Positions 27,901 through 39,012 of a stretch of 64,000 nt of DNA are shown here, piece by piece (the stretch's first letter is position 1; every line of letters begins with the position of its first letter). The DNA comes from Carcharhinus amblyrhynchos. Its lineage: Eukaryota. A program made the translations under genes and the position numbers. Location: the NCBI GenBank assembly GCA_965287045.1, contig OZ336876.1, forward strand, positions 2,356,001-2,420,000, in the 5' to 3' direction. Under the pieces are notes generated by a model, which searched no databases, was not told the DNA's origin, and was given only the letters and a program-made list of their open reading frames with translations.

Positions 27901-30900
27901 AAAGAGGTAATCCAATCGCAATCTCCCCACTCCGATTTTAATTCGTCCTGTCTGGGCATACACAGTGAAAAGCCAATGCTTGTCATAGCCAGGTTGTACA
28001 ACGCCACTGCTTGTATCTGGTTGTAATGACATCACGGTAAAGAACGACGGATGTTTATCTTAAAATTGCTTTCTGGGCACGAATTTACTTTAGATCACGT
28101 GCCAAGCACGCCTTATTACCAGAAGGAAGATTGCAAAAGCATACGATTATTTCTGCATCATTGAATGAAATTTGGGTGGATATAGAAGGTTGCAGTGTCC
28201 TGTTGACGCGACGAATATTTGCAGGACAATTTAGAGCACGGAGAGGCTGTATAGATATTAATGAATCTCGTTTTCTTTGAAGTAACTTCAGGACGTCGTG
28301 CCCAATGCATCACTTTTTCTTTACTGCTAGACAATTTAAATAATTGGGCTGGCCAGTGATGGGGGTCATTAACCCAAACACGTTTCCAGAGATTCAGAAC
28401 AGTGCTCCTATGCTGAATGTAAAAACTCATATTAAAAAAGTGAGATTAAATATGCAAATTAAATGAGATAAGGCAATAATTATTGATTAAGTTGAAATGA
28501 TTTATGGAGTCTAGAGTGGAGTATAACAACACTGTCATGCACTAGGGAATGAAAGGCCTATTTCTCTCCTGTACATCACATGGGCGATCTAATGGCTGAC
28601 GTCATCCATAATGATTTTGGGCGTTCAGCTGAACGGTGGATGCTGGACACGTGGATGATGTGCAGTTATACTTAGCTGTAACATGGTTTTGACGGTGTCG
28701 GTCCATGTGTCTTTTTTTTCATTGTTATGTACTGTTCAGTAGCAAATCATACGGCCATTCATCATTCGGAATAGATAGGCCATTCAGCTCCTCTGTGTGT
28801 GCTGATCTGATTATGACTTCAAATTGGCTTTCTGATCTGTCTTTCCCAATAATTTCCTTGTCAGTCAATAATTCACGAAACTCGGCCTTGATTATTTTCA
28901 ATCACGATTTACTGGAAAAAATACCAAACACTAATGAGACTTGAGGAGAAATAAACAATCTTCTAATCCAGGTCGTAAATGGATTGCTGTATTTTAAAGT
29001 AAAAAGGTGTGACATAATTCGAGCTTCCAATACAAATGGTAACATCCCCCGAGCATCTACCGGCCAATTTCCCTCAGGAGCTATTGTGTTTCAATTATAT
29101 CACCTACAGTTATTAAAAAAAAATCAAGTCCAACCTGTCCAACATCTGCTTTGAAATAGAAAATCTCTTGCATCCCAGAATCAGCCGTGTGAAATGTTTA
29201 CTAATTTATGGAGCAAAATGTTCGAAACCAGTGGAAACTAAACCTACCTGTAAATTGTATTTAATTAATTTAATTGTATTGATTAATTTAAGTAGTGAGG
29301 CAGTGTAAACAATGTAACTAAATTATAGAGATAGTTGCCAGATTAAGTGGATAGGCAGTGAAGATACAATGTTTTACTGAAGCACGGTTGATCCATATGT
29401 GATACAGATATTGCAGAGCAGCTTCACCTTGTACAAATAAAAATATCATCGCGTGGTTTCAAAACATTTAAGCCAATACAAATATTTCAGAACCAATTCG
29501 CTCCTGATCCAAATTCACAGTTCTAGATCAATTTGACGATTATGCGTTGCCATAGAAATTGTTACAGTCAAACAAGCATGGTGAGAACTGTCCATTCAAG
29601 GTAAAAGAAAATCCCATAATCACAGCAGCAAGGGACGAAACAATTTGGTCCACAGTGTCTTCACGGGCTCTCCAAATGTGCAGCACAGGTGTTGCATTTT
29701 TCAACTTTGTGACGCTAACAAGTCCAACAGTTTAAATCGATTACATAATCCCGAGGAAATCTTCCATCTATTTCCTGGATCACAGAAAATAATGGGAACG
29801 GAGGGTCAATGTAGGAGTAATCTTCGCTTCCACATGAGCAACCAAATACATCGAAACATGTTATTCCCAACTCATTAATATTAAGTTATTTAACGATACA
29901 TCCTCGAGGAAATTGGCCTATCATTGGCATTAAACACTTAAATTAAGGTATCAATGTTGTCAGTTGTTAAACATTAGTCTGATTTTGCTCCCCTTTGTTT
30001 ATGTTGCTATTTAGACGCTGTTCTTATCCTACAAAAACAATCGAAGAAGGATCATTAAGTTATAACTTGCACCTGTTGGAGCATGCTTTTGTGTGCGTGT
30101 GCCGTTTTAGGCTTTAATATTATCTTTCATTTCACTCATTCATGCTGTGGAATTATTTTTTGTGAAAATATTAGGCTGTGCTTACTCACTGACCTCTTCT
30201 CCTTATCTCTCATATCATGATTCTCATTCCATAAGAGTATATTTGCCACAAGAATGTTTTAAAGTTCAGCATTTTCAGGCAGGTACCTATCTGTATGGAA
30301 CGCATACAGCTCAGATGATGGGTAGCAGAATGTTTACTAAGCTTAGCCTTGCATTTTGTTATGTTAAGTAGAGTTATTGGATTGTTTAAACGTAACTCCT
30401 CTTGGGATCTCAGAGTAGAATGATTAGCAGGGTTATGTGATATTGTGGGCTATGGGCAGTCCAGTTTCTGGAGTAAAATAAATCAGACTTTTTGCTGTAT
30501 GGAGTTGGAGTTTGGCTGTTCTGACAGAATGCATGAGAATTTTGGAGGATCCTGAAAGCTTTATATCTTTCTGAAACCTCCAAAGCTGCTTGCTCATTGC
30601 AGCAAACTTTTTCTTTGCGTACTCCCGTTAAAGGTGGTTATGAGCCTGTCGATGATTATTGCTTGTTTTGAATCGAAATAGAGGTGAGGACATTTTTTAC
30701 TTGTTTCAACTATTAAGAGTTAAGATGATTCAATATTTTAGAGTCGAGCTTAAACTGTGTTACGAATGAAAATCATTTTGATAACATATCCTCAATTTGT
30801 CCGTGGAATTACTCCTGCAGCAAGGAATCATTTTATGCCAAGAACAGAGAATGTGCTGGAGCCTTAGTTTACAGTATGTCATGAGGTTTTGATGCGGAAC

Positions 30901-33900
30901 TCTGACAAATACGCAGGTTCTTGCCATAATTAAACAGTTATGGTTCCTAGTTTACCTTGGAATTATTATATTGTGGATGCTGGGCGTTAAGGAAAGGATG
31001 TATTTTTTTACAGGTGTGAATTTGGTTTGCTTACCTATAACCTGCCGTTGAAAATGGTTTGTTCCTTGCTTCCTGGTTATGGAAGTATCACTCGGCGAGG
31101 TTGACAAGTATTGTTTAAAACAACGTTATTTAGAGCTGGCGCCAAGTTACAGTTCAGTGCAGCTGAAGAGACGAGGGAGACAGAGATAATTTCAGTGATA
31201 TATCAGCATTCAATTTTGACATAGATACAGCTTAAAACATCGGAACCAGCTGAAATTCAATTCAAATGCAACAGTTGTACAGGTCAATGAAATGAGACAG
31301 GTTGAATTCGTAGGAAAGGAGACAGAGAGAGAGGATGGCAATGACAAAGTACAAAGAAACAGAGATAGCATTTGGACTTCGGAAAGTGGAACTTCAAACA
31401 AAACATTAACTTCAAATGGTGAAGGCAAAGTCAGACATTGAGGAAAGTCGCAACGAAAACATAACCCTACCTAGTCAGAGGCCGTGGGTATCTCCTGAGA
31501 TATCCCCTAGCACTGACTTTGCTTAACGAGAAGGACATATGAACTATTTTCATTTCATTTGAGAAAGTAGATAAACAATAAAAATTGTCACAAACTATCT
31601 GGCTATCCCCGATTCAAATGAAGCTCGTCGGTAGAGTTTGTAAAGTATTTGCGTCAGTGGCAGAGCAGGAATTTTGGAATGATGAAAAACCATCTAAAGT
31701 GTATATGAACTAGTCCCAGAAACCGGTAGGTAGAAGTTTAGAAATCAAAACGATCCACGTTAGACATATATATATATATAAAAAGAACTAAACAAAATAA
31801 CTTTGAAAAGTGAATACGAGAATTGGAAATAAACCAGAGATATGATGCAGATTTTGGATGATTTTTTTTTTAATCACGTTTCCCCTTGCACTCCCATCTC
31901 CCCCCGCCCCGAATTAAGATCTATGCGAAAGAACAGAAGTGTGAAACCGGCAAAAAGGCAAAAGAAATGGCAGGTGTGTTTAATTCGATCATCCATCAGC
32001 ATTTGGTTTTCGAGATGAAAATCAATCGAAAAGGGACCTAAGCTGGGAAAAGAATTGAGGTCCGCGGGTTTGCAAAGCAAAAAGAGGTATCAGTGGAGCA
32101 GAAGGGACAGTTTTCCTCAGTAAAAAAAAAACGGTAACGTGCAAAGCCGGAGGGGAAACAGGGAATGTTAGACGTTCTTATGACGTAAACTTAGGCACAT
32201 GAAAATGCATTTCTGGTGACTTAAGAAACATTTTGGGGAGTCAGAAGGATAGGATAAGCCAGTGGGATTTTTAACATTGGAAAACGAAACCATAATTGAA
32301 GCTGAGGAGGTCTAAAAGAATATATACTATGTTCAGAAGTTGTTTCGAAACCAAGTGTCAGAGCGTTTTACATTTTTTTTTATTTGTGTGGGTAAGGTTT
32401 ATTCATAGTTACAAGATGGTGGATGTAAGGAGGGTAGCATGCTCTGAGATACAATATAAATTAATCTTTCATGGAGAAAGACAAGGATAAATATATTTTT
32501 CAAGGTATCCTTTTGCCAGAAAAAAAAAACAGCCATAATAAGTGGGATTAGTAATGAAAGACGCAGTGTTCTGTTATGGAAGATTCATTTAGGGAGTGCA
32601 GCGCAAATTGGTGATTTGGTGGTAGGAGCGACAGAAATTGTATTTTTCAGGCAAACAACTTGTCCTGGATAACGATATAGGTGTATCATACTGGAGTGAG
32701 ACGACGGTAAATAATCAACAACTGAGGTGTTGAAGGAAGCATGTGCCCTGACCTCACCCGACTCTGTGGTATTAAGGTCGGAGAGCAACAGAATGAGTCA
32801 GGGGGAGGTGAATTGAAGGAGTCGAGATATGGAAGCCAAGATTGTAGTATCACACACCATTGTTGATCACATAGTGGAGGAAAGTAAAAGGATATCATTT
32901 GATCAGGAGATTTGGCGGAATAACAACAGGAAGATGCAGAGATAAATAGTTATGTCAGAAAGCATACAGAGAAGATGAAACTGAGCGCATAATGAAGACG
33001 TATGCCACTAGAAACATCTGAAAAAAAAAGTAGTGGAGAAATGTCCATAATCAGACATGCAAAAGATGGGCAGAAGTTCACCAAGTTGTATTGCCGGCGC
33101 ATTATAGAATGGAGGAGCTGTGGGTAGCGCTTGGGTTTCCAGTAGGGCATCAAAACTCAAGCGAAGAATAAATAAAAATAAAATAATGGCCTAGACTCTA
33201 AATTAATGTGACTCAGTTTTGACTCATGTTGAACACATGTCAGGTGGTAAGAAAACCTCAAGCAGTAATCAAACCACTGCAATTAATACTCATTCTGAAA
33301 ACCGTTTGCTGGAGTCAATTTGTGTGGTGCACCTGCTTAAAATGAGATGTGGGCATCAATACTTGGTCACCATAATGGGCAGGTGTGAAAGGTGAAGTCG
33401 GCAAGGTCCCAGAGGACCATAAGCTGTTCCCCACTTTGAGAGGAAGAACTGGCAGCGGGTGATTTAAACTGAGTTAGCATACGTCAGGGGATGTGTAAAA
33501 TTGAGAAGGCTGGCCTTCAGGAACAATGTCAGCTGCTGTCCGGATTGAATCTCTGCACGATATGTCACGCTGCATTTCTTATCAGCCGTCCAGTCCACTG
33601 AACTAAACGACATTTTGAAACGGAAACTAAACAGAAGCATGAGTTAGTTCTTACATCTCAGCGTGAAGAAATTAATCCAAATGATTCTGAATTTGAAATT
33701 CCTCAAACCACATTGGACAAAGAGGAACAAACAGATGTTGGGATAAAGGACAGCGTTACCTTCCAGACTGAAATCAAAATAATCTGCAAATGGCCTGCAA
33801 ATGATCCGGAGGAGGGAACCGAGTGTAGGGTGTCGAAATTTGCTGATGACACCAAAATTGGTGGAAAGGCAAATTGTGCGGAGGGTGGGGAGAGTCTGCA

Positions 33901-36900
33901 GAAGGATCTAGATAGGCTGGGCGAATGGGCCAGGAAATGGCAAATGGAATTTAATGTTGGCAAGTGCGAGGTGGTCCACTTTGGTAGGAATAATGGTAGG
34001 AAGGATTATTACTTACGTGGAGAAAAACTGCAGCAGGCGACGGTGCAGAGGGACCTCGGGGTCCTTGTGCATGAGTCGCAAAAACCCAGTTTGCAGGTGC
34101 AGCAAGTGGTCAGGAAGGCGAATGGGATGCTGGCCTTCATCGCGAGGGGGATTGAATATAAAAGTAGGGAGGTCTTGTTGCGGCTGTATGGGGCATTGGT
34201 GAGGCCGCAGCTGGAGTACTGTGTGCAGTTTTGGGCGCCGTACTTACGCAAGGATATTTTAGCCTTGGAGGGAGTGCAGAGGAGGTTTACTAGGCTGATG
34301 CCGGAGTTGAGGGGGTTGAGCTATGAGGAGAGGCTGAATAGATTAGGCTTGTACTCGTTAGAGTTTAGAAGAATGAGGGGAAATCTCATTGAGACGTATA
34401 CGATGATGAATGGGATGGATAGGATAGAGGTGGAGAGACTCTTCCCGCTCAGAAAGGATAGTAGGACTAGGGGGCATAGCCTCAAGATAAAGGAGGGGAG
34501 GTTTAGAACAGAGTTGAGGAGGAACTTCTTCACTCAAAGGGTGGTGAATCTCTGGAATTCTCTGCCCGTTGAAGTGGTGGAGGCTGCCTCGCTAAATATT
34601 TTTAAGACGCGGGTTGATGGGTTTTTGATGAGAGAGGGGATTAAGGGTTATGGGGAGAGGGCGGGAATGTGGAACTGAGCCACGACAGATCAGCCATGAT
34701 CTTATTGAATGGCGGGGCAGGCTCGAAGAGCTAGTTGGCCTACTCCTGCTCCTATTTCTTATGTTCTTATGTTCTTATGGCCATCAGACAGAGCCATATA
34801 ACAGAAAACCAGGGAAGTAGCAATGCAGTACTGCATGATGAAGCTGTAGGAAATGTTGACCCGATTAAGCAATATCTAAATTAATCCAGTAATTTTGAAA
34901 ATGGTTCAAAAAGTGATGAAATGTATGATTAAGAATGCTATAATTGAAGGCAGTTGCACAGAATGGAGCTCAAGACGAAAAAAAAGGTCAAAAAAATCAT
35001 CCAATCTTGATTTAATAAAGGGATACTTGAATCATAGCACGAAACAGTGCAGAAGGAGGCCATTCTGCCCATCGAATCTGCACCGACCACAATCTTACCC
35101 AGGCCCAATCTCCATTACCACAGGTATGTATTTAGCTTATGTAGTCCCACTAACATTAAGGTGCATTTTAACATTGTCAATCGATCGAACCCACGAATGT
35201 TTGACTATGCGAGGAACGTGCAACACCCACAGGAAACCCATGCAGACACTGAGATAACGTGCAGACTTTGTAAAGGCAGTGACAGAAGCTAGAATCGAAC
35301 GCGGGTCCCTGGCGCTGTGAGACACCACTGCTAACCACTATGCCACCTTCCCGCCCATTGGCAAGTACGTTCATCAGAAATGGTGAAGGAGATTTTTGCT
35401 CTTGTAACGCAAAATGGTCTATACCATTTTCAAGTCACGCAGTTTGCAATGTAGAATTTACCCACACTTTCATTTCTGGACTAATTGATTTGGCAGTGTA
35501 CATGGACAATCTGCTGGTGTTCAGTCAGACATGGCAGCAACATTTGGACATCTAAATTAATTGTTTATTCAACTACAGCAGGCAGTCATAGTACACATGA
35601 CTAATAGTGAAATTGCAACAGAATGAGTCCCGTTCTTAAACCATACAATTGGACACATAGACAAATGGTCCAGAGGAATGCAAAAACGAAATTTATTGCG
35701 CAAATCCCAAAATGTTCAACAAGATGAGAAATATAGGGAATCCGAGACACAGTGAACTGTACGGGAAATTTGTATCAAATGTCAGCAGCAGGTTGCTCCA
35801 CCCATTAAGTCGTTAAAAAATTGTTACAAATGTCAGTGGACGTCCAATACCAGGAGCACTTGACAATCTGAACACTGTGACAGACAGCACATCAGTTTTG
35901 CGAGATGAACTTATGCAAAGGAATTCAACGTGTCCTTTGGTGCACGTGTTGTGGACATTGACGCTGTGCTGTTACAAGAAGTTGACAAAAGTATATCCAT
36001 ATCTACAGGCTATTTTCCGGGAAAATTAAATATTCATTAAACGAAATATTCAAACATTGTGGTGGTGGCATTGACTTCGATCTTGGTAGTGCAACTTTTT
36101 AACATTGATGTTTCCAGCAGTACATCAGTGACGACTTTTTTTCACTGACCACAGTCCATTAGATGTGTGGATAAGTGCATGGATAAAATGTTTCGATAAA
36201 ACTTATAGTTACAGCCATTTAACGTGAAGATTGTACACGTGGCAAGAAACGAGAAATTGATTGCAGATGTTGTATTACGATTTTACTATAAGAGGATGGA
36301 ATCTTCAACATTGGAAAGGAACGGGCTATACCACTGCTAAAATGTTCATGCTTAAACATTATGAGTTACAAATTGTATTGATCACTAACTGCATGTGGGA
36401 AAAGTGAAAGCTTTAGAAAAAAATAGCTATATGTTTACATTGTTGGTCTGTTCTTAAAGAGAGGCGTGATGAAAGTGTGCAAATTCTTTGTGCATTCAAC
36501 CTTGCAAGTGGTTTCGTAAAATACACTCATTGGGTGTGTGTTTGTTTAAATTCCCCTGGGATTTCAGAGCTGAGCAATTGACTGGTGCATGCGAGTTTGT
36601 GATTTTGTGCAGTCCGTTATCGTCGGAAAAAAAAGAAACAGGCTGTTTTTTTGTAGAATTTTTTGAAGACAAAGTTGGACTTTGTCTATTCTGGCTGAGG
36701 TTTGTAGGTTTTCTGAATATTCTTTACCCCTCTGAAATCCCAAAGACGTATACGCTGATGATACTAAGTGTATCTGTGAATGCCAGCGATATTTAAAGGT
36801 TATTTCAAGCCTGGAGGAAAGATGATGCTTATTTTAACAGAACAAGAGAAAAATTAAATCTGTATTGTTTGTTTTCAAGTTTAACGATCGTTCAACTGTT

Positions 36901-38914
36901 ACATGTTCAGCTGCTTCATTCTGTTAGATTTAGACTTGAACAAAGTTTTGAAAATACAATCTTAATTTTCAGTGGATTTACTCCTGCACCAAAATATCCT
37001 TCTCTCAGATGAATACCAAAATAGGCAACTTGTCTTTGGGTCGAGTTTGCTGTCACTGCATATCTCGGGTCTCTGTTTTAATCTATCTCGATCATGTCAC
37101 TGAAATGTCTGTATGAAAGATATTCCAGTGGATCTTTATCAGCTGAGATAGATTGAACAGCCGCTTCTTCATAGAATATGAATCTGTGAGTATTAAAATT
37201 GGGAACGTGGCATTGGAGTATGCTTTTCACTGACTTATGAAGTCAGTTATGCAGGCTAATATCCCAGCGACCTGGGTTTTAACCCTGCAAAGGTAGATGG
37301 TGCAAATTAAATGCAAAATATGAATTTAAGCCACTATCATGGGCCGAAAAAATCTGACTCGGTATGGTCCATTATGAAAGGAGAACAAACATTGTTACGT
37401 GCTCTGGTCTACAAAGGACACAACAACCACATGTCGTTGATTGTTATACGTCCTTTGAATAGCCGAACAAGTGGCTCATTTCAAGTGCTATCAGCGATGG
37501 ACCACAAATATTGGCTCATCCAGCGAGTTCTACATTCAATGATTTAAAATATAGAAACAAAAATCTGCTCCACCTACAGTATTAGAAGTAAACGAAAAGT
37601 TAATTTCCAATTACTGTAGATTAGCATGTTAAATAGACTCATAAAGTTGCGATGTATACTCCTATAAAATTGGTACTCTATAGGTACTCTGCAGCAACAC
37701 ATTACAAGAAGCTTGTTTTAAATGTGCAATCATATTTGTTAGCGACGAAGCTCCAGCTTAGCATATCTACAGCTGCCATCATTACATGTTATCTTTCGTG
37801 TTATGTTGCCCCTTCTATTTAATGATGAATTGCATTGTTCTGTACTTTTTTTTCCTCTCGGGGTGAAATTGTAATTGCAAAGGACATTGGTGAACTCACC
37901 CATGTAACGTTTTATTACCATAATTAAGGTGGGTTATGCGGGCATTGAAAGTAGTTCAAAAAATGCTCTCTGGGATGATTTCTGAGATGAATTAGTAACC
38001 TTTTTGGGAATAGTTGAGCAGGGCAGAATTTTGCTCACTAGAGTTCAGAATAACGACAAATGTACTTTTAGTAACTGGTAAGACCACGCATTGACAGTGA
38101 GATGTTTGAGAGGCTGATCCCTGTTGTGAGATTTTAAAGCACGGGTACATCTTTTAAAATGTGCCGTCCTTATCGTTAGACGAAGATAGTAAGAAGTATC
38201 AAAACATCGGGTCAAAGTCCAACAGGTTTATTTGGAATCAAGAGCTTTCAGAGAGCTGCTGCTTTGTGACGAAGGGATGAAGTGTCAGCGCTCCAAAGGC
38301 TTGTGATTCCAAATAAACCTATTGGACTTTAAATGCGTGTTGTGAGACTTTGTTATGTGCCCACCACAGTCCAAAGCTAGTGTCTCCGCCTGAAGGCAAA
38401 GATTAGTAAGGACCTTTCCACTCACTTTTGGTTCGTCATTTTATTTCTCTTTCCCAGATGACAGTGATTTATCTGCCATTGAACATATTCAAAGCTAACT
38501 TACATGTTTCATTGAAAAGGGATTGATGGCTTACCATTTGACTAAATAAGGAAAATAGAACCAGTTTGGGAATTGTTTGCTTGACATAGGTTAATTATGT
38601 TCGTAAATTGCAAAAATGATCGTAATTCGACGTTCAATGTACATCTCACACGGTTTTCCATCCCATTCAGATGTCAATAAGGTTTTCCGAGTGGAAAAGA
38701 ATCACTAGTCATCTGCGATATCATTGAAAACTCGTATCAAACGTTTGCCTCTTTCTGCCACCATTCGCATACGGATAGAATTTCGCTGACATGTTATCAA
38801 ATTTCAAGACAATTTCTTTTTTTTTACCAATTTCCGAATTTGTTTCAGGGTTGCCGAAATACAGCCCAATCCCAGGAAGAGGACATCATCATCTACGGAG
38901 TGGTGAAGCTGTAG
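6881..38914 (+). CDS. Multi-exon type I Ig-superfamily leukocyte receptor gene (4 C2-type Ig domains, TM with Arg, cytoplasmic ITIM(s)); LRC-family-like (LILR/CHIR/LITR-like); possibly partly decayed
   Basis: Exons 6881-6944, 8317-8349, 13137-13421, 14047-14337, 16413-16703, 18105-18401, 20896-20991, 26185-26212, 27175-27218 and 30015-30058 join in one frame (1473 nt, 490 aa + stop). All splice phases are compatible. An additional ITIM terminal exon lies at 38849-38914. Confidence 0.8.
7623..8150 (-). mobile_element. Decayed CR1 3' fragment
   Basis: ORF 7595-7966 RFRAEFRRSLFSQSLVNP..., tail cataagaactaggag. Confidence 0.75.
8317..8349 (+). CDS. Candidate 33-nt leader mini-exon (xAFAIRRSVSN, phase 1-1)
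   Basis: Acceptor tattatctcctttcag| and donor |gtaagt, open frame; a split leader with a mini-exon is typical of LRC/FcR genes. Confidence 0.6.
10020..10620 (-). mobile_element. Decayed CR1 3' fragment
   Basis: ggagtaggccatcattc tail, gagagatttcctgagattcatcatactctgagagaaaaa, cttgtcaaacttctctgaactgcttccaat (reverse CR1 ORF2). Confidence 0.6.
11190..11860 (-). mobile_element. Decayed CR1 3' fragment
   Basis: ggcagctcgttccaggcacttaccaccatctctgtgaaaaa, cctctgtaagatcttccgtaagcctcctacgttccaggg, aagcatgccaaatgccttc. Confidence 0.7.
12346..12397. repeat. Imperfect (CA)n microsatellite preceded by a C-run
   Basis: acacgcacgcacacacacacacacgcacacac... Confidence 0.9.
13137..13421 (+). CDS. Ig domain exon 1 (C2-type)
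   Basis: ttcgcag|...ACAG|gtatgt, 285 nt, phase 1-1; QLKPEIQLDQSTGVYVPGETITMTC...FQFYR...GGQYQCNY...SEAVSVTVT. Confidence 0.92.
14047..14337 (+). CDS. Ig domain exon 2 (C2-type)
   Basis: ccgcag|...GCAG|gtgagt, 291 nt, phase 1-1; EPLARPNISLDQQTGVYIEGETVNLTC...GGLYRCKC...STPVNVIVA. Confidence 0.92.
14519..15590 (-). mobile_element. Penelope-like retroelement remnant (GIY-YIG endonuclease region) interrupted by a CR1
   Basis: Minus-strand IRCSKVCPEA...GETVQTLRQRTNEHRSTITRQ...VGAHF; terminal segment caggttaaagtccaacaggtttat also present near 38210. Confidence 0.7.
15110..15455 (+). mobile_element. CR1 3' end nested in the Penelope remnant
   Basis: IETYKMIRGLDRVD...TRGHSFKL...FFTQRVVRYWNALP and tail gttctatgttctatg. 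Confidence 0.9.
16413..16703 (+). CDS. Ig domain exon 3 (C2-type, paralog of Ig2); non-canonical donor
   Basis: ttaccacag|, 291 nt; EPLASPRISVDKEAGVYLVGETVVMEC...DGGRYQCKY...SELSDPVDVVIA; donor position reads GCAG|gcgcgt. Confidence 0.88.
16780..16962. other. Assembly gap
   Basis: Run of N. Confidence 1.
18105..18401 (+). CDS. Ig domain exon 4 (membrane-proximal, LRC-like C2)
   Basis: aatacag|...AGAC|gtgagt, 297 nt, phase 1-1; DFPKPNMTV...VVLKCCS...ATFFLHRQG...VNFII...EGNYSCWY...SGASDPVHATVR. Confidence 0.92.
20240..20800 (+). mobile_element. Decayed CR1 3' fragment
   Basis: aggatattattaagctggaaaaagtgc, KPRGHRFKVRGERYK, tail gggccgaagagcctgtttccatgc. Confidence 0.75.
20896..20991 (+). CDS. 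Transmembrane exon
   Basis: catctcatttag|...AAAG|gtagga, 96 nt, phase 1-1; PRGAVVLIMAGVRSAVVPILSLTLLGACLCMK. Confidence 0.8.
23530..24720 (-). mobile_element. Decayed LINE (CR1/L2-clade) RT and 3' end
   Basis: Minus-strand LDIKATFDRVWHQG, QGPTIFSS, GQRLGILQQV...YREEVRDVIEYSP. Confidence 0.75.
26185..26212 (+). CDS. Cytoplasmic exon 1 (GKRRRNTES, stop-transfer)
   Basis: tgtttccttcttag|...AG|gtaaaa; phase 1-2, basic cluster directly after the TM. Confidence 0.75.
27175..27218 (+). CDS. Cytoplasmic exon 2 (RNMVLFHKESDDNVT + first base of Tyr)
   Basis: tttctcttatttgtag|...ACAT|gtgagt; phase 2-1. Confidence 0.75.
30015..30058 (+). CDS. Cytoplasmic exon 3 (YAVLILQKQSKKDH*), completes ITIM VTYAVL
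   Basis: ccctttgtttatgttgctatttag|AC GCT GTT CTT; T+AC gives Tyr; TAA at 30056-30058. Confidence 0.7.
33799..34779 (+). mobile_element. Young 5'-truncated CR1 LINE with uninterrupted RT C-terminal ORF
   Basis: ORF KFADDTK...WQMEFNVGKCEV...RPQLEYCVQFW...FFTQRVVNLWNSLP; tail (ttcttatg)3. Confidence 0.95.
35030..35355 (-). mobile_element. SINE (HE1-like), inserted in the Gypsy RT
   Basis: aggaaacccatgcagacac...aatcgaacgcgggtccctggcgctgtgagac...ctaaccactatgccacc. Confidence 0.8.
38205..38390. mobile_element. Short palindromic Penelope-derived fragment
   Basis: aaagtccaacaggtttatttggaatca ... tgattccaaataaacctattggacttt inverted arms. Confidence 0.65.
38849..38914 (+). CDS. Candidate terminal cytoplasmic exon GCRNTAQSQEEDIIIYGVVKL* with ITIM IIYGVV
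   Basis: Long pyrimidine tract and tgtttcag| acceptor, phase 0, acidic residues before the Tyr, TAG at 38912-38914. Confidence 0.65.
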   Translation, partial: GCRNTAQSQEEDIIIYGVVKL

Positions 38915-39006
38915 AACATTTGCAGACCTTCGAGACACAAAATGCATTCATTTGATAAGACGTCCAGTGCTGAGCAACGCAATGTGCTGTGTGTGTGTAT
39001 TATTAG

Positions 39007-39012
39007 AATAAA
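39007..39012 (+). terminator. Candidate polyadenylation signal AATAAA
   Basis: About 90 nt after the stop of the terminal ITIM exon. Confidence 0.45.

Larger units (their letters stand above)
30160..37100 (+). mobile_element. Decayed Gypsy LTR retrotransposon, Gmr1-like domain order (gag, INT, RT, RNase H)
   Basis: gag FISFEKV...W...IQMKLVGR near 31550-31660; integrase TCQVVRKPQAVIKP...GHQYLVTIM near 33235-33380; RT PIKQY...IIEGSCTEWSS near 34860-34970 and VYMDNLLVFSQTWQQHL near 35495-35550; RNase H AVLLQEVD near 35960; shared LTR-like segment near 30790 and 36960. Confidence 0.7.

Noticed and set aside
33713-34678. 321-aa ORF as a host gene
   Set aside because: It is a 5'-truncated CR1 RT fragment fused by chance to upstream LTR-element sequence
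37120-37191. Strong donor gaatct|gtgagt after IEYES
   Set aside because: No convincing acceptor with an open compatible frame
38671-38733. Possible intermediate cytoplasmic exon (good acceptor, VICDII)
   Set aside because: Stops in all three frames before a usable donor; cannot be supported
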